Assembly (NCBI GenBank): GCA_043803945.1 | Contig: JAZDJN010000087.1 | Coordinates: 288,001-352,000 of the forward strand | DNA from: a bacterium | Lineage (GTDB): Bacteria > Bacteroidota > Ignavibacteria > UBA10030 | DNA length: 64,000 nucleotides | Direction of reading: 5' to 3' | Part shown: positions 48,702 to 58,338 of the stretch, one piece after another | How positions within the stretch are numbered: the stretch's first letter is position 1 | Layout: every line of letters starts with the position of its first letter | Notes under the pieces: generated by a model | What the model saw: the letters and a program-made list of their open reading frames with translations, nothing else | Told to the model about the DNA's origin: nothing | Databases searched by the model: none | Made by a program: the position numbers and the translations under genes

Positions 48702-48977
48702 ATGCCCGGTTCATGTTGTGCAAATCCAATTGCTACCATAATCAAAGTCGGAAATTTCGATGCTGGCATCGTGGGCTTGGAGGCAGCGTTACGAAATGTC
48801 TACATCTCCGCTGTTGAGGATGAGGAGCAGGTGAAGACTGATCTTTTACGATGGGTGAAGGAGTTCGGAAACTACATCGCACCCCCCTCGGAACACGACT
48901 ATAAAGAGGCCCTCTTCCGTGAATACCAGAAATTTGCGGTAAAAACAGAGCGAGAAGCGAAGCTACAACGATCATGA
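48702..48977 (+). CDS. Small hypothetical protein with N-terminal Cys-Cys
   Basis: GAGGT SD; MPGSCCANP...GIVGLE...NYI.P..E..YKEALFREY; located inside the ars operon. Confidence 0.65.
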   Translation: MPGSCCANPIATIIKVGNFDAGIVGLEAALRNVYISAVEDEEQVKTDLLRWVKEFGNYIAPPSEHDYKEALFREYQKFAVKTEREAKLQRS

Positions 48978-48986
48978 AAAGGGCGT

Positions 48987-49424
48987 GTGTCTATGAATTT
49001 CGATAGATCACAATCAGGCTTTGTCACGACCAATGGTATGCATAACCTCTCGCCGCGTGAAGCTGCAAAGTGGTGCTCCGAAGGAGCAATTACCCTCGAT
49101 GTTCGAGAGGAGTACGTTAACCAGTACAAGAAATTCTCCGTTCCCGTTTCAATTCAGATTCCCTTCAGTCAGTTACATCAAGCATTCCAACAACTACCAA
49201 AAGACAAATGGATCATCGTGGCTGATTCATCAGGTATGCAGAGCAAAGCAGCGTATGAGTTCCTGCAACAGAATGGATATACACAACTTTCAAATCTCGC
49301 CGGTGGGATGGTGGAGTGGGAACGTGATGGTATGCCTCTGCTCATCGAGAAGAGTGAAAAACTGACCGGCTCGTGCGCGTGCCAGTTACGTGCTCGTGAT
49401 TCAAAGAAACCAACAATGAAATAG
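48987..49424 (+). CDS. Rhodanese-like domain protein (active-site Cys absent, C-terminal CxC)
   Basis: LDVRE, IP...L......LPKDK.IIV, NLAGGM.EW..G.P; loop ADSSGMQS; C-terminal GSCACQL. Confidence 0.8.
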   Translation: MSMNFDRSQSGFVTTNGMHNLSPREAAKWCSEGAITLDVREEYVNQYKKFSVPVSIQIPFSQLHQAFQQLPKDKWIIVADSSGMQSKAAYEFLQQNGYTQLSNLAGGMVEWERDGMPLLIEKSEKLTGSCACQLRARDSKKPTMK

Positions 49425-49509
49425 ATTCAGACGTGTCGCTTGAGCTAATGGGGAAATATCCCGTTAATAGAAGAAAGTGTCAGATTAACAACAAGAGAAA
49501 CGAACCATT

Positions 49510-49938
49510 ATGAACGTCCTTATCCTCTGTACCGGCAACTCCTGTCGCAGCCAGATGGCGGAAGGTTTTCTAAAATCGATAAGCGATGAGCTCGAAGTAT
49601 TTTCAGCAGGGACACATCCTGCATCAACCGTACATCCCAATGCCGTACGTGTGATGAAAGAAATCGGTATTGACCTTTCTACCCATACGCCAAAGGGTGT
49701 CGAACAATTCCTGGATCAGGAATATGATTATGTCATCACCGTGTGCGGCGAGGCAAAAGAGTCCTGCCCGGCATTCATCAGCACTGTAAAAAACCGAATT
49801 CACATGGGATTTGAAGATCCAGCCAAAGTGACCGGTTCTGAAGAATTTGTTCTCGGAGAATTCAGAAGGATACGAGATCAAATTCGAGACCAGTTTTCTG
49901 ACTGGGCAAAGCTTGTGCTGAGCACTCAGCAATCATAA
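49510..49938 (+). CDS. arsC: Arsenate reductase, thioredoxin-coupled (LMW-PTP fold)
   Basis: ILCTGNSCRSQMAEG, TVC..A.ESCP.F, FEDP, FR.IRDQI. Confidence 0.92.
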   Translation: MNVLILCTGNSCRSQMAEGFLKSISDELEVFSAGTHPASTVHPNAVRVMKEIGIDLSTHTPKGVEQFLDQEYDYVITVCGEAKESCPAFISTVKNRIHMGFEDPAKVTGSEEFVLGEFRRIRDQIRDQFSDWAKLVLSTQQS

Positions 49939-49957
49939 CTCGATCAAGGAATTCATT

Positions 49958-51040
49958 ATGACGGAATCAACCGGGAAAAAGCGACTGAATGTTTTTGAAC
50001 GATATCTCACACTCTGGGTTGGGCTTTGTATGATTGCCGGTATCCTTATTGGGAAACTCTTTCCGGGTGTCACAAATGTCTTACGCGAAATGGAATTTGG
50101 CACAGGGAGCCATATCAATATTCCCATCGCAGTACTCATCTGGCTGATGATCTACCCTATGATGCTGAAAATCGATTTTACGAGCATTCTTGGTGTCCGG
50201 AAGAAACCCACCGGATTGCTCATCACGCTCGTGATTAATTGGCTCGTAAAACCGTTCTCGATGGCATTCATCGGCTGGCTCTTTTTTACTCAGATCTTTT
50301 CATCGTTCATCAATCCGGAACTGGCAAATCAATACATCGCCGGAGTAATTATTCTCGCTGCTGCACCCTGTACAGCGATGGTGTTCGTCTGGTCGTATTT
50401 GACAGATGGAGATCCAGCCTACACACTCGTTCAAGTGTCTGTCAATGACCTCATTATGCTCGTCCTCTTTGCCCCCATAGTCAGTTTGCTGGTAAGCGGG
50501 GCAAGTACGCTTACCGTTCCCTTTATGGTATTGCTCTACAGCGTTATCATTTTTATTGTGATACCCTTGAGTTTAGGCAGTATTAGCCGTTCACTTTTGA
50601 TGCGGTGGAAAGGGAGAGTGTGGTTTGAGAGCCGGTTTTTAAGATTTTTTCATCCGATTACCATTCTCGCTCTTTTGACTACCTTAGTCTGCATCTTCGC
50701 ATTTCAAGCGGATAATATTACCGACCGATACTTCCATGTGATCCTCATCGCAGTACCTATTCTCTTACAAGTGTATCTTAATTCCGGACTTACATATGGA
50801 TTGATGAAATTCTTTCACGTCCCTCATGCGATAGCAGCACCAGGAGCCTTAATCGGCGCCAGTAATTTCTTTGAGCTCGCCGTTGCTACTGCGATTGCCC
50901 TCTATGGTCCGGAATCTGGGGCAGCGTTGGCAACGGTTGTCGGTGTTCTCGTTGAGGTTCCTGTCATGCTAAGTGTCTGCAGTATTTGTAACCGGACTCG
51001 AGATTGGTTCGATGCTACACCGGTAACAATCGAACACTAG
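49958..51040 (+). CDS. acr3: ACR3-family arsenite efflux transporter
   Basis: FERYLTLWV, NIPIAVLIWLMIYPMM, NWLVKPFSM, APCTAMVFVWS, GASNFFELAVA, VGVLVEVPVML. Confidence 0.95.
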   Translation: MTESTGKKRLNVFERYLTLWVGLCMIAGILIGKLFPGVTNVLREMEFGTGSHINIPIAVLIWLMIYPMMLKIDFTSILGVRKKPTGLLITLVINWLVKPFSMAFIGWLFFTQIFSSFINPELANQYIAGVIILAAAPCTAMVFVWSYLTDGDPAYTLVQVSVNDLIMLVLFAPIVSLLVSGASTLTVPFMVLLYSVIIFIVIPLSLGSISRSLLMRWKGRVWFESRFLRFFHPITILALLTTLVCIFAFQADNITDRYFHVILIAVPILLQVYLNSGLTYGLMKFFHVPHAIAAPGALIGASNFFELAVATAIALYGPESGAALATVVGVLVEVPVMLSVCSICNRTRDWFDATPVTIEH

Positions 51041-51207
51041 ATTCAAGAACGTTATCGATAGAGACGTTTTCTTTTAAGGGCGAACCTTATTTTCTCTTTT
51101 TGTGATAATCGTTCTTTAGTCCAGTTGCTTTTTAATCAGCTTTTTTGAACTTTACCATTACCTACTGATCCATTACCACAAAATCACTTTTAGAAAGGGG
51201 ATGTGGT

Positions 51208-51537
51208 ATGGTTATCTGGCATAATTCTCCGGATGCTTCTCGAATCCCGGAACACGTCACCTCATCGCAGGAAGTAGAACTTTGGTTTGGTACTCACCCT
51301 ATTGAGTGGGGACAAGCAGTCTGGGTAGAGATCAAGCTGCACAAAGTCGATGGGAAAGAGATTGCTGTCTCGCTTCCTGCCCAGTGGCACTCCAATAACG
51401 AGCAGCGCAATAACTCTTACTGGATTGCTCGCATCGGCGAATTTGAATCAGGTGACAAACTCGAATATGAAGTACACGGTTCTTGCGGTGATCTTCGGGT
51501 TTGTTGCGAAGAAATCTTTTCGTTCGATGTGAGTTGA
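51208..51537 (+). CDS. Hypothetical protein (single Ig-like/beta-sandwich domain)
   Basis: AAAGGGG SD; GT.PIE.GQ.VWV, W..N..NNSYW..IG.F..GD..EY pattern like N-terminal Ig modules of alpha-glucan enzymes. Confidence 0.55.
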   Translation: MVIWHNSPDASRIPEHVTSSQEVELWFGTHPIEWGQAVWVEIKLHKVDGKEIAVSLPAQWHSNNEQRNNSYWIARIGEFESGDKLEYEVHGSCGDLRVCCEEIFSFDVS

Positions 51538-51574
51538 GTGTGCTGTTGCAATCGTTGCGTGTCGTCTGATTTTC

Positions 51575-52558
51575 TTAAAGCCACCCTTGGGCTTTGTACC
51601 AGCGATACGTTTTCTCCAGACCCGCCTGGAGCGGAATTTCTGAACTGAATCCCAGATCCTGCCGAATACGGTTTGGGGAACAGACCCAATGCTTTACCGC
51701 AAAATCCCGTACCTTTTCCACATTCAGGAGCGGTGGTTTATTAAGAAGCGTAGAAATTGTCTGCGCAATCCCGGCTATTCCATACATCAGAGGCACTGGT
51801 ATCGGGAGGTGAGTAATTTTCTTCTGTGCAATTCCGGCAAGGATAGTACCAAGTTCTTCAAATGAAGTGATCTCCTCGTTGGACGCAAAATAGACCTTGC
51901 CCACTGCTGCATCCGATGTTGTTGCCAACAGCGCTGCCCGTGCCAAATCTTGAGCATGGATAATATTCAATGTCTTTCCAGCCTCAGCGACGATGGGCAA
52001 ATATCCCCAACGAATCCATCGAAAGAATTCCAAAATATCTCTATCACGCGGCCCATAGACGGCAGGGGGACGCAGAACGACAATTGGCAATCGATCTCGA
52101 TAGGAGAGGCAAAGTTGTTCGGCTTCAAGTTTTGACACTCCGTACGAGGTAATAGGGCGGCATGGAGCAGACTCATCAAACGGGAAACCGTCAGGACTTG
52201 GTCCAACGGCGGTTAAGCTCCCCATGAAGAGGATTTTTTTTAATCGAGTACTTTGAAGAGCAAATTCCAGCAAATGACGGGTAGTTTCGACATTCCCCTC
52301 AAAAAAATCTTTCTTCCGAACAGCCTTTGTAATACCGGCGATATGAACGATGTAATCAAAAGAATTGACAAGAGCATGAAGAGTGTCTATTTTCATTAAA
52401 TCGGATTGAATCACTGTGACGGGCAGGTTTGTCAACCAACCAAGATCTCTCCGGCCGGGCCGGATGATACAATGGACATCAAATCCCTGCTGTAAAAAAT
52501 GTTCGACAGTGTGGCTGCCGATGAAACCAGTTCCCCCTGTAATAAGTACTGTTGCGAT
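51575..52558 (-). CDS. NAD-dependent epimerase/dehydratase family protein (CerR-like candidate); probable ATC start
   Basis: The Rossmann motif VLITGGTGFIGSH lies upstream of the ORF-track start, in frame from ATC 52558 after GGAGG; YGVSK (YxxxK), LRPPAVYGPRD. Confidence 0.85.
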   Translation of the reverse strand: MATVLITGGTGFIGSHTVEHFLQQGFDVHCIIRPGRRDLGWLTNLPVTVIQSDLMKIDTLHALVNSFDYIVHIAGITKAVRKKDFFEGNVETTRHLLEFALQSTRLKKILFMGSLTAVGPSPDGFPFDESAPCRPITSYGVSKLEAEQLCLSYRDRLPIVVLRPPAVYGPRDRDILEFFRWIRWGYLPIVAEAGKTLNIIHAQDLARAALLATTSDAAVGKVYFASNEEITSFEELGTILAGIAQKKITHLPIPVPLMYGIAGIAQTISTLLNKPPLLNVEKVRDFAVKHWVCSPNRIRQDLGFSSEIPLQAGLEKTYRWYKAQGWL

Positions 52559-52682
52559 AAACCCTCCAAATCCATTTGGTTTCGTTGACTTTCTTTGACT
52601 ATTGAAGTATATTCAAAAAAAGATGTACAAGCAATCAGGGACTTCCATTGCTGTAGCCACCCATATTAGACTGGAGACTGAA

Positions 52683-53897
52683 TTGGATCTATTTGAGAAA
52701 TGTCGCAGTTTTACCCGTGCCGATGAGGTGAAGGCGCTTGGTCTTTATCCCTACTTCCACGCTATCGAGGAAAGTGAAGGACCTGTTGTTAAAATCGAAG
52801 GTCGCAGAATCATCATGGCGGGATCAAATAATTATCTCGGTTTGACTGCTCACCCCAAAGTCAGAGAAGCTGCTATTGAAGCCGTACGGAAGTACGGCAC
52901 CGGATGTTCCGGCTCACGCTATCTAACGGGCACGCTTGACCTGCATGTGGAACTTGAGGCGCGGCTCGCCAAGTTCATGGGAAAAGAGGACTGCCTACTT
53001 TATAGCACAGGATATCAAACGCCTCAGGGTATTATTCCCACACTCGTTGGACGTGGAGAATATGTTGTCTCTGATAAGGATAACCATGCAAGCATCGTAG
53101 CCGGAACCCTGGTTGCTGCCGGGCAGGCTTCGTACATTTCCGACAGCGGCAATGGAGTGATTCGATATAAGCACAACGATATGAATCATCTCGAGGTAGT
53201 CATTTCCGCCCTGCTCCTGGAAGCGCCGAAGTTGATTGTGACCGATGGCGTCTTCAGTACTTCAGGCGAAATTGTCGACCTTCCGAATCTCGTGAAGGTT
53301 GCCAAAAAATACAATGCAAAAGTCCTGGTGGATGATGCGCATGCCATTGGTGTTATTGGTAAAGGAGGCCGCGGCACAGCAAGTCACTTTGGTCTGGAGC
53401 AGGAAACCGATATGACCTTTGGGACATTCAGCAAGACGTTTGCCTCATTAGGCGGATTTGTGGTTGGAGAACGCAATGTCATCAATTATCTCAAGCATCA
53501 TGCTCCTGCACTGATCTTTAGTGCAAGCCCGACTCCCGCTTCAGTCGCATCAGCGTTAGCTGCCCTCGATGTTCTGGAAAAAGAACCAGAACGGGTTGAT
53601 AAACTTCTCAAGAATGCAAGAAAGATGCGCGCAGGATTTAAAGCGATGGGATATCATGTCGGCGAACACGATTCCGCTGTAGTTCCCGTGATCATCGGCG
53701 ATACTGAAAAAGTACTCCTGATGTGGCGTGCACTCTTCGATGCGGGAGTTTTTGTGAATGCCTTTATTCGACCGGGTGTGCCGCCGGGATTGGAGATGTT
53801 GCGGACCAGTTATATGGCCACACACGAAAATGAACACCTTGATAAGATTCTGGAAGTCTTCTCGATCGTTGGGAAGAAGATGGGCGTTCTCAACTAA
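52683..53897 (+). CDS. spt: Serine palmitoyltransferase-like alpha-oxoamine synthase
   Basis: [55 protein letters not shown]; TTG 52683 after GGAG; adjacent to a bCerS-like gene. Confidence 0.75.
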   Translation: MDLFEKCRSFTRADEVKALGLYPYFHAIEESEGPVVKIEGRRIIMAGSNNYLGLTAHPKVREAAIEAVRKYGTGCSGSRYLTGTLDLHVELEARLAKFMGKEDCLLYSTGYQTPQGIIPTLVGRGEYVVSDKDNHASIVAGTLVAAGQASYISDSGNGVIRYKHNDMNHLEVVISALLLEAPKLIVTDGVFSTSGEIVDLPNLVKVAKKYNAKVLVDDAHAIGVIGKGGRGTASHFGLEQETDMTFGTFSKTFASLGGFVVGERNVINYLKHHAPALIFSASPTPASVASALAALDVLEKEPERVDKLLKNARKMRAGFKAMGYHVGEHDSAVVPVIIGDTEKVLLMWRALFDAGVFVNAFIRPGVPPGLEMLRTSYMATHENEHLDKILEVFSIVGKKMGVLN

Positions 53898-53932
53898 GAT
53901 GGATCTCGTCTCACAATAATTTTTCACAAAGG

Positions 53933-53964
53933 GAAAGCCGCAGGTAAAATGTATCTGCGGCTTT
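53933..53964 (+). terminator. Hairpin/terminator after spt
   Basis: GAAAGCCGCAGG...TCTGCGGCTTTC followed by T-rich sequence. Confidence 0.55.
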
Positions 53965-54017
53965 CTGCTTTATTTTCAATACATCCATCCTCAAGTCATT
54001 AGATCAGAGGTCATTCG

Positions 54018-55136
54018 ATGAGTAGTATCACAGTACGAGAAGTGCAATCGAACAAGGATCGTGATGAGTTTATCAAATTTCTCTGGAAAATTTACGACGG
54101 TAATCCTTACTGGGTTCCACCGCTTCTGATTGATCGGAAGAAATTGATGGACAGGCAAAAGAAGCCATTCTACAAGCACGCGGACGTGCAATTCCTAATC
54201 GCTGAACAAGATGGTGAGATGGTGGGACGTATTGCTGCTATTGTGAACCATAACCACATCAAAGAACATCAGGAACAGGTTGGATTCTTCGGCTTCTTTG
54301 AATCGATTAACGATCAACAGGTCGCAAACACGCTCTTTGACGCGGCAAAGAAGTTTCTCAAAGAGAAGGGAATGACCGCCGTGCGTGGACCGGCCAATCC
54401 ATCCGTCAACGACGAATACGGCCTGCTCATAAAGGGATTCGACCAGAGTCCGACTATTTTGATGACGTACAATCCGGAGTATTATCCAACATTGATCGAG
54501 CGATATGGTTTTTCAAAGGCGAAAGATCTTTATGCGTATCTCCTGAAACAGGAGTTGTTCTATTCGGAAAAAATGGTACGGGCGAACAGGTTAATCCGGG
54601 AAAGGAACCATCTCACGTTTCGTTGCATTGACATGAAGGATTTTCACCGCGATGTCGAAATCATCAAGAAACTATACAATACCGCGTGGGCAAAAAATTG
54701 GGGTGCTGTTCCAATGACCGAAGATGAAATGGATACTCTTGCCAAGGATTTAAAACCGCTCGTTGTTCCGGAACTGGTGGTCTTCGCGGAGAGGAACGGA
54801 GAACCTGTCGGTTTTTCGCTCGCGATGCCGGATATCAATGTATCCTTGAAATATAATAAGAAGGGGAGATTGCTTCCCGGACTGTTCCATTTGTTTTTCC
54901 ATAAGAAAGAAATTAATTTAGTACGCATTCTCGTACTCGGCGTGTTGCCGGAATATCTCAACACCGGAGCGGGTGGAGCCTTGTTTTATGAAACGGCTGT
55001 TCATGCCAAAGAACTTGGGTATGATTTCGGCGAGGCGAGCTGGATTCTTGAGGATAACGAGCGCATGGTCCGCTCGGCTGAACTTATGCAAGGTGAAATT
55101 TCTAAAACATATCGAATTTATCAAATGACGATTTAG
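54018..55136 (+). CDS. GNAT-fold N-acyltransferase, bacterial ceramide synthase (bCerS)-like
   Basis: IY.GNPYWVPPL, VGRIAAI, GFFGFFE, GLLI.GF...P..M.YNPEYY, NWG.VP.T, PDIN, LGVLPEY, EASWILEDN, KTYRIY. Confidence 0.8.
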   Translation: MSSITVREVQSNKDRDEFIKFLWKIYDGNPYWVPPLLIDRKKLMDRQKKPFYKHADVQFLIAEQDGEMVGRIAAIVNHNHIKEHQEQVGFFGFFESINDQQVANTLFDAAKKFLKEKGMTAVRGPANPSVNDEYGLLIKGFDQSPTILMTYNPEYYPTLIERYGFSKAKDLYAYLLKQELFYSEKMVRANRLIRERNHLTFRCIDMKDFHRDVEIIKKLYNTAWAKNWGAVPMTEDEMDTLAKDLKPLVVPELVVFAERNGEPVGFSLAMPDINVSLKYNKKGRLLPGLFHLFFHKKEINLVRILVLGVLPEYLNTGAGGALFYETAVHAKELGYDFGEASWILEDNERMVRSAELMQGEISKTYRIYQMTI

Positions 55137-55189
55137 CGTTGTTGCGGATTCTAAAGTCGTACGAACCAGCTTTTCAGAAGGATGACTCG

Positions 55190-56107
55190 ATGCCTCTTCA
55201 AAAAGTCGAATTTATATGGATGAATGGAACACTTGTTAAATGGGAGGATGCGAACATTCACATTCTCTCCCATGTGATTCATTACGGATCAAGCTGGTTT
55301 GAAGGTATTCGATGTTATGAAACGGCAAAGGGATCGGCTATTTTCCGGTTCGAGGACCATCTGCGTCGATTGTACGATTCCGCTCGGATGTACCGGGCAA
55401 AAATCCCTTACACTCCTGCTCAACTCGAAGCGGCGACAAAGGAACTCATCAAAGCAAATAAGATGAAATCCTGCTACATTCGTCCACTTGCGTACCGGGG
55501 TTATGGCGATGTGGGAGTGAATCCATTCCCATGCCCTGTCGAAGTCAGCATTGCCGTTTGGGATTGGGGTGCCTATCTCGGTGGTGGAGCGCTGGAAAAG
55601 GGAATCGATGTGTGTGTCTCGTCCTGGCAGCGATTTGCACCCAATACTCTTCCAACGATGGCAAAATCGGGCGGCAATTATCTTAATTCACAACTGATTA
55701 AGATGGAGGCCCTTGCAGAGGGATATGCCGAAGGGATCGCACTTGATGTGAACGGGAATATCAGCGAGGGGAGCGGCGAAAATATTTTTCTGATCCGCGA
55801 TAAGGTTATTTATACACCTCCGGTTACCTCGGCCCTTCTCCCGGGTATTACACGGTTGTCGATCCTCACCCTGGCGAAGGATCTCGGATATGAACTCCGT
55901 GAAATGAATCTGCCGCGGGAAATGCTTTATGTTGTCGATGAGATATTTTTTACAGGGACAGCGGCAGAGATTACACCGGTTCGGTCCGTGGATAAAATGT
56001 CCATTGGATCTGGCGAGCCGGGACCTGTCACGCGATACATTCAGGAAGCGTTCTTCAAAGTTGTTCGTGAAGGAAACGACAAGTATGGATGGCTCAATTT
56101 TATCTAA
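55190..56107 (+). CDS. ilvE: Branched-chain amino acid aminotransferase
   Basis: IWMNG.LV.W, HYGSS.FEGIRCY, YIRPL, AKSGGNYLNSQL, EGSGENIF, LPGITR, GTAAEITP. Confidence 0.95.
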   Translation: MPLQKVEFIWMNGTLVKWEDANIHILSHVIHYGSSWFEGIRCYETAKGSAIFRFEDHLRRLYDSARMYRAKIPYTPAQLEAATKELIKANKMKSCYIRPLAYRGYGDVGVNPFPCPVEVSIAVWDWGAYLGGGALEKGIDVCVSSWQRFAPNTLPTMAKSGGNYLNSQLIKMEALAEGYAEGIALDVNGNISEGSGENIFLIRDKVIYTPPVTSALLPGITRLSILTLAKDLGYELREMNLPREMLYVVDEIFFTGTAAEITPVRSVDKMSIGSGEPGPVTRYIQEAFFKVVREGNDKYGWLNFI

Positions 56108-56119
56108 GGGTATACGCCG

Positions 56120-56737
56120 ATGAAAACTACAGGGGAAAATTCGCTTTGGAAAAATATCTTTTCACGCGGCGATACTCCCGATGGCAGTACTGAAGCTCTT
56201 CTTAGCCATGTACCGGCCTTTGGAGCACTCTCACCCCGTGAGTTAAAAGAAGTAGCGGCTATTGTTCATAAGCGCGAGTACCAGTCCGGCGAGCATGTAT
56301 TCTTTCAGAACGATCCGGGCCTCGGGATGTATATCATCCGTTCAGGAGAGGTTTCTATTACCATCTCTGAAAAGGAAGGTGAACAAAAAGAGCTGGCCCT
56401 TCTCAGGGAAGGTGATTTTTTCGGCGAGCTGGCTCTTCTTGATGAATCACCCCGTTCTGCCACCGCAATCTGTAAAACCAATTGCTCACTCATTGGTTTT
56501 TTCCGCCCCGATCTGTTTGAACTGATCGAAAAAGAAACAGACCTTGGCGTCAAGATCATTCTGAAACTGGCTGAGATTGTTGCGGAACGGCTTCGAAAAA
56601 CCGATATTGAACTTTCAAAAGTAAAAAGTCAGCTTGATCAAGTGGAACACAAACGCGATCGCTCCGAACGGTTAAAAAAGGAAGCAGGTCATGGCAAAGA
56701 CAAAACAACCCACCAAAAGAAAACTCCAGCGTCATAG
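56120..56737 (+). CDS. Cyclic-nucleotide-binding domain protein
   Basis: VFFQNDPG.GMYII.SG.V, GDFFGELALLD..PRSATA; no HTH seen. Confidence 0.88.
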   Translation: MKTTGENSLWKNIFSRGDTPDGSTEALLSHVPAFGALSPRELKEVAAIVHKREYQSGEHVFFQNDPGLGMYIIRSGEVSITISEKEGEQKELALLREGDFFGELALLDESPRSATAICKTNCSLIGFFRPDLFELIEKETDLGVKIILKLAEIVAERLRKTDIELSKVKSQLDQVEHKRDRSERLKKEAGHGKDKTTHQKKTPAS

Positions 56738-57227
56738 AGCATCTGCTGCCGAGAAGCCTAAGAGCAGCATCCAGCTCAAACGTATACTGGTTCCTATTGA
56801 TTTCTCTGAGCACTCAAAAAGTGCACTGAGGTATGCTGTTTCGTTCGCGCAACAATTTCATGCCTCTCTTGACCTGATCTATGTCGTTGAACCCACGGTC
56901 TACCCAGCCGATTTCAGTTTTGGCCAGATCGGGTTTCCCAATGTCGAGGAGGAATTGCGAAAGAAGGGTATGGAGGAGTTGGAGGAACTGGTAAAGGCTA
57001 AAATCGGCAATCGCGTTCCAGCATCGTCCATTGTCCGAACCGGGAAAGCGTTCTATGAAATTGATGAATATGCCCGGGAAACTGCGGTAGACTTGATCAT
57101 TATTGCCACCCACGGACACACCGGCGTTGAACATATTCTCTTCGGCAGCACGGCGGAAAAAGTTGTTCGCCATGCCCCTTGCCCGGTGCTTGTTCTCCGG
57201 AAAGGTGAAAAAGAGTTTGTGGTTTAG
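56691..57227 (+). CDS. Universal stress protein
   Basis: KRILVPIDFSE.S..AL.YA, DLIIIATHG.TG...ILFGSTAEKVVRHAPCPVLV. Confidence 0.93.
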   Translation: MAKTKQPTKRKLQRHRASAAEKPKSSIQLKRILVPIDFSEHSKSALRYAVSFAQQFHASLDLIYVVEPTVYPADFSFGQIGFPNVEEELRKKGMEELEELVKAKIGNRVPASSIVRTGKAFYEIDEYARETAVDLIIIATHGHTGVEHILFGSTAEKVVRHAPCPVLVLRKGEKEFVV

Positions 57228-57342
57228 GAGAAATGATTCAGGCGGCCTCTTGCTTCATGCTTTCTCGCATGGAGAGGAAGGGGATACCCTGTTCTGGCTG
57301 AGGTGGTCTTCCGATTTTCGATTGAAGCTGGAAAGAGGGAAA

Positions 57343-58338
57343 TCAACTTTCCCGTTCAATGACAAAATCTACAAATTGCAGAAGTGCATGCTTTGCCTCA
57401 GAATCGGGAACCGGAACAAGGCACTGCCTGGCTTGCTGGGCATAATATTCCGCCCGTCCTTTTGAGTATTCAATCCCGCCATGCGCTTGGATAAAATCAA
57501 GTACCCAGAAAAGTTCTTTCTTCCTCGCTCCGCTTTTCACAAGCTTCAATGCTTGCTTTGCTTCCTTCTGTGGTGCTTGCCGTAATGCATAGATGAAGGG
57601 GAGCGTGAGTTTTTTTTCCTTCAGATCGGTGCCGGTTGGCTTACCGATAATACTTCTGCGTCCGAGATAATCAAGTAAATCATCGCGAATCTGGAAGGCG
57701 ATGCCGACATTTTCACCGAAGTTACGGAAGAGCGCTCGTTTCTCCTTATCCTCGGTCGTGCTCGCAGCACCAATCTCGGTGCAGGTCGATAACAATGAAG
57801 CTGTCTTGTCGCTGATGATTTTCAAATAAGTCTCTTCATCGGTGTTGAGCTGGCGGCTCTTCTGGATCTGCAGTAACTCACCCTCGCTCATGCGCTTGAC
57901 TGCGCGGGAGGTACAGAGGAGGAAGTAGGTATCATCATGTTCCAGGGAGAGAAGCAAACCTCGGGAGAGCAGGTAATCGCCCATGAGAACGGCTACTTTA
58001 TTTTTCCATACGGCATTGATTGATGCGAATCCCCGGCGTGTATCAGCATCATCGACGACGTCATCGTGGATCAGGGTTGCGGTATGAAGAATCTCCACTA
58101 AGGTGGCCGCACGGAATGTACTCTCCTGAATCGAACCGCATGCTTTAGCGCTCAGGAAAACCAGGATGGGGCGTACCCGTTTTCCTTTCTGACGGATAAT
58201 ATACCGCGCGACAAGATCCACAAGTCCCACCTGTGAACGCATTGCCTCGCGAAAAAATGTGGTAAACTGCTTCAGTTCCGATTCGATCGGGTCTTTGATA
58301 GACTGGAGCGAATGAAAATTCTTATTGGAAAGACTCAA
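57343..58338 (-). CDS. Polyprenyl diphosphate synthase (IspB-like)
   Basis: GKRVRP, HTATLIHDDVVD...RRG, VLMGDYL, KTASL, AFQIRDDLLD, GKP.G.DL.E.KLTLP. Confidence 0.93.
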   Translation of the reverse strand: MSLSNKNFHSLQSIKDPIESELKQFTTFFREAMRSQVGLVDLVARYIIRQKGKRVRPILVFLSAKACGSIQESTFRAATLVEILHTATLIHDDVVDDADTRRGFASINAVWKNKVAVLMGDYLLSRGLLLSLEHDDTYFLLCTSRAVKRMSEGELLQIQKSRQLNTDEETYLKIISDKTASLLSTCTEIGAASTTEDKEKRALFRNFGENVGIAFQIRDDLLDYLGRRSIIGKPTGTDLKEKKLTLPFIYALRQAPQKEAKQALKLVKSGARKKELFWVLDFIQAHGGIEYSKGRAEYYAQQARQCLVPVPDSEAKHALLQFVDFVIERES

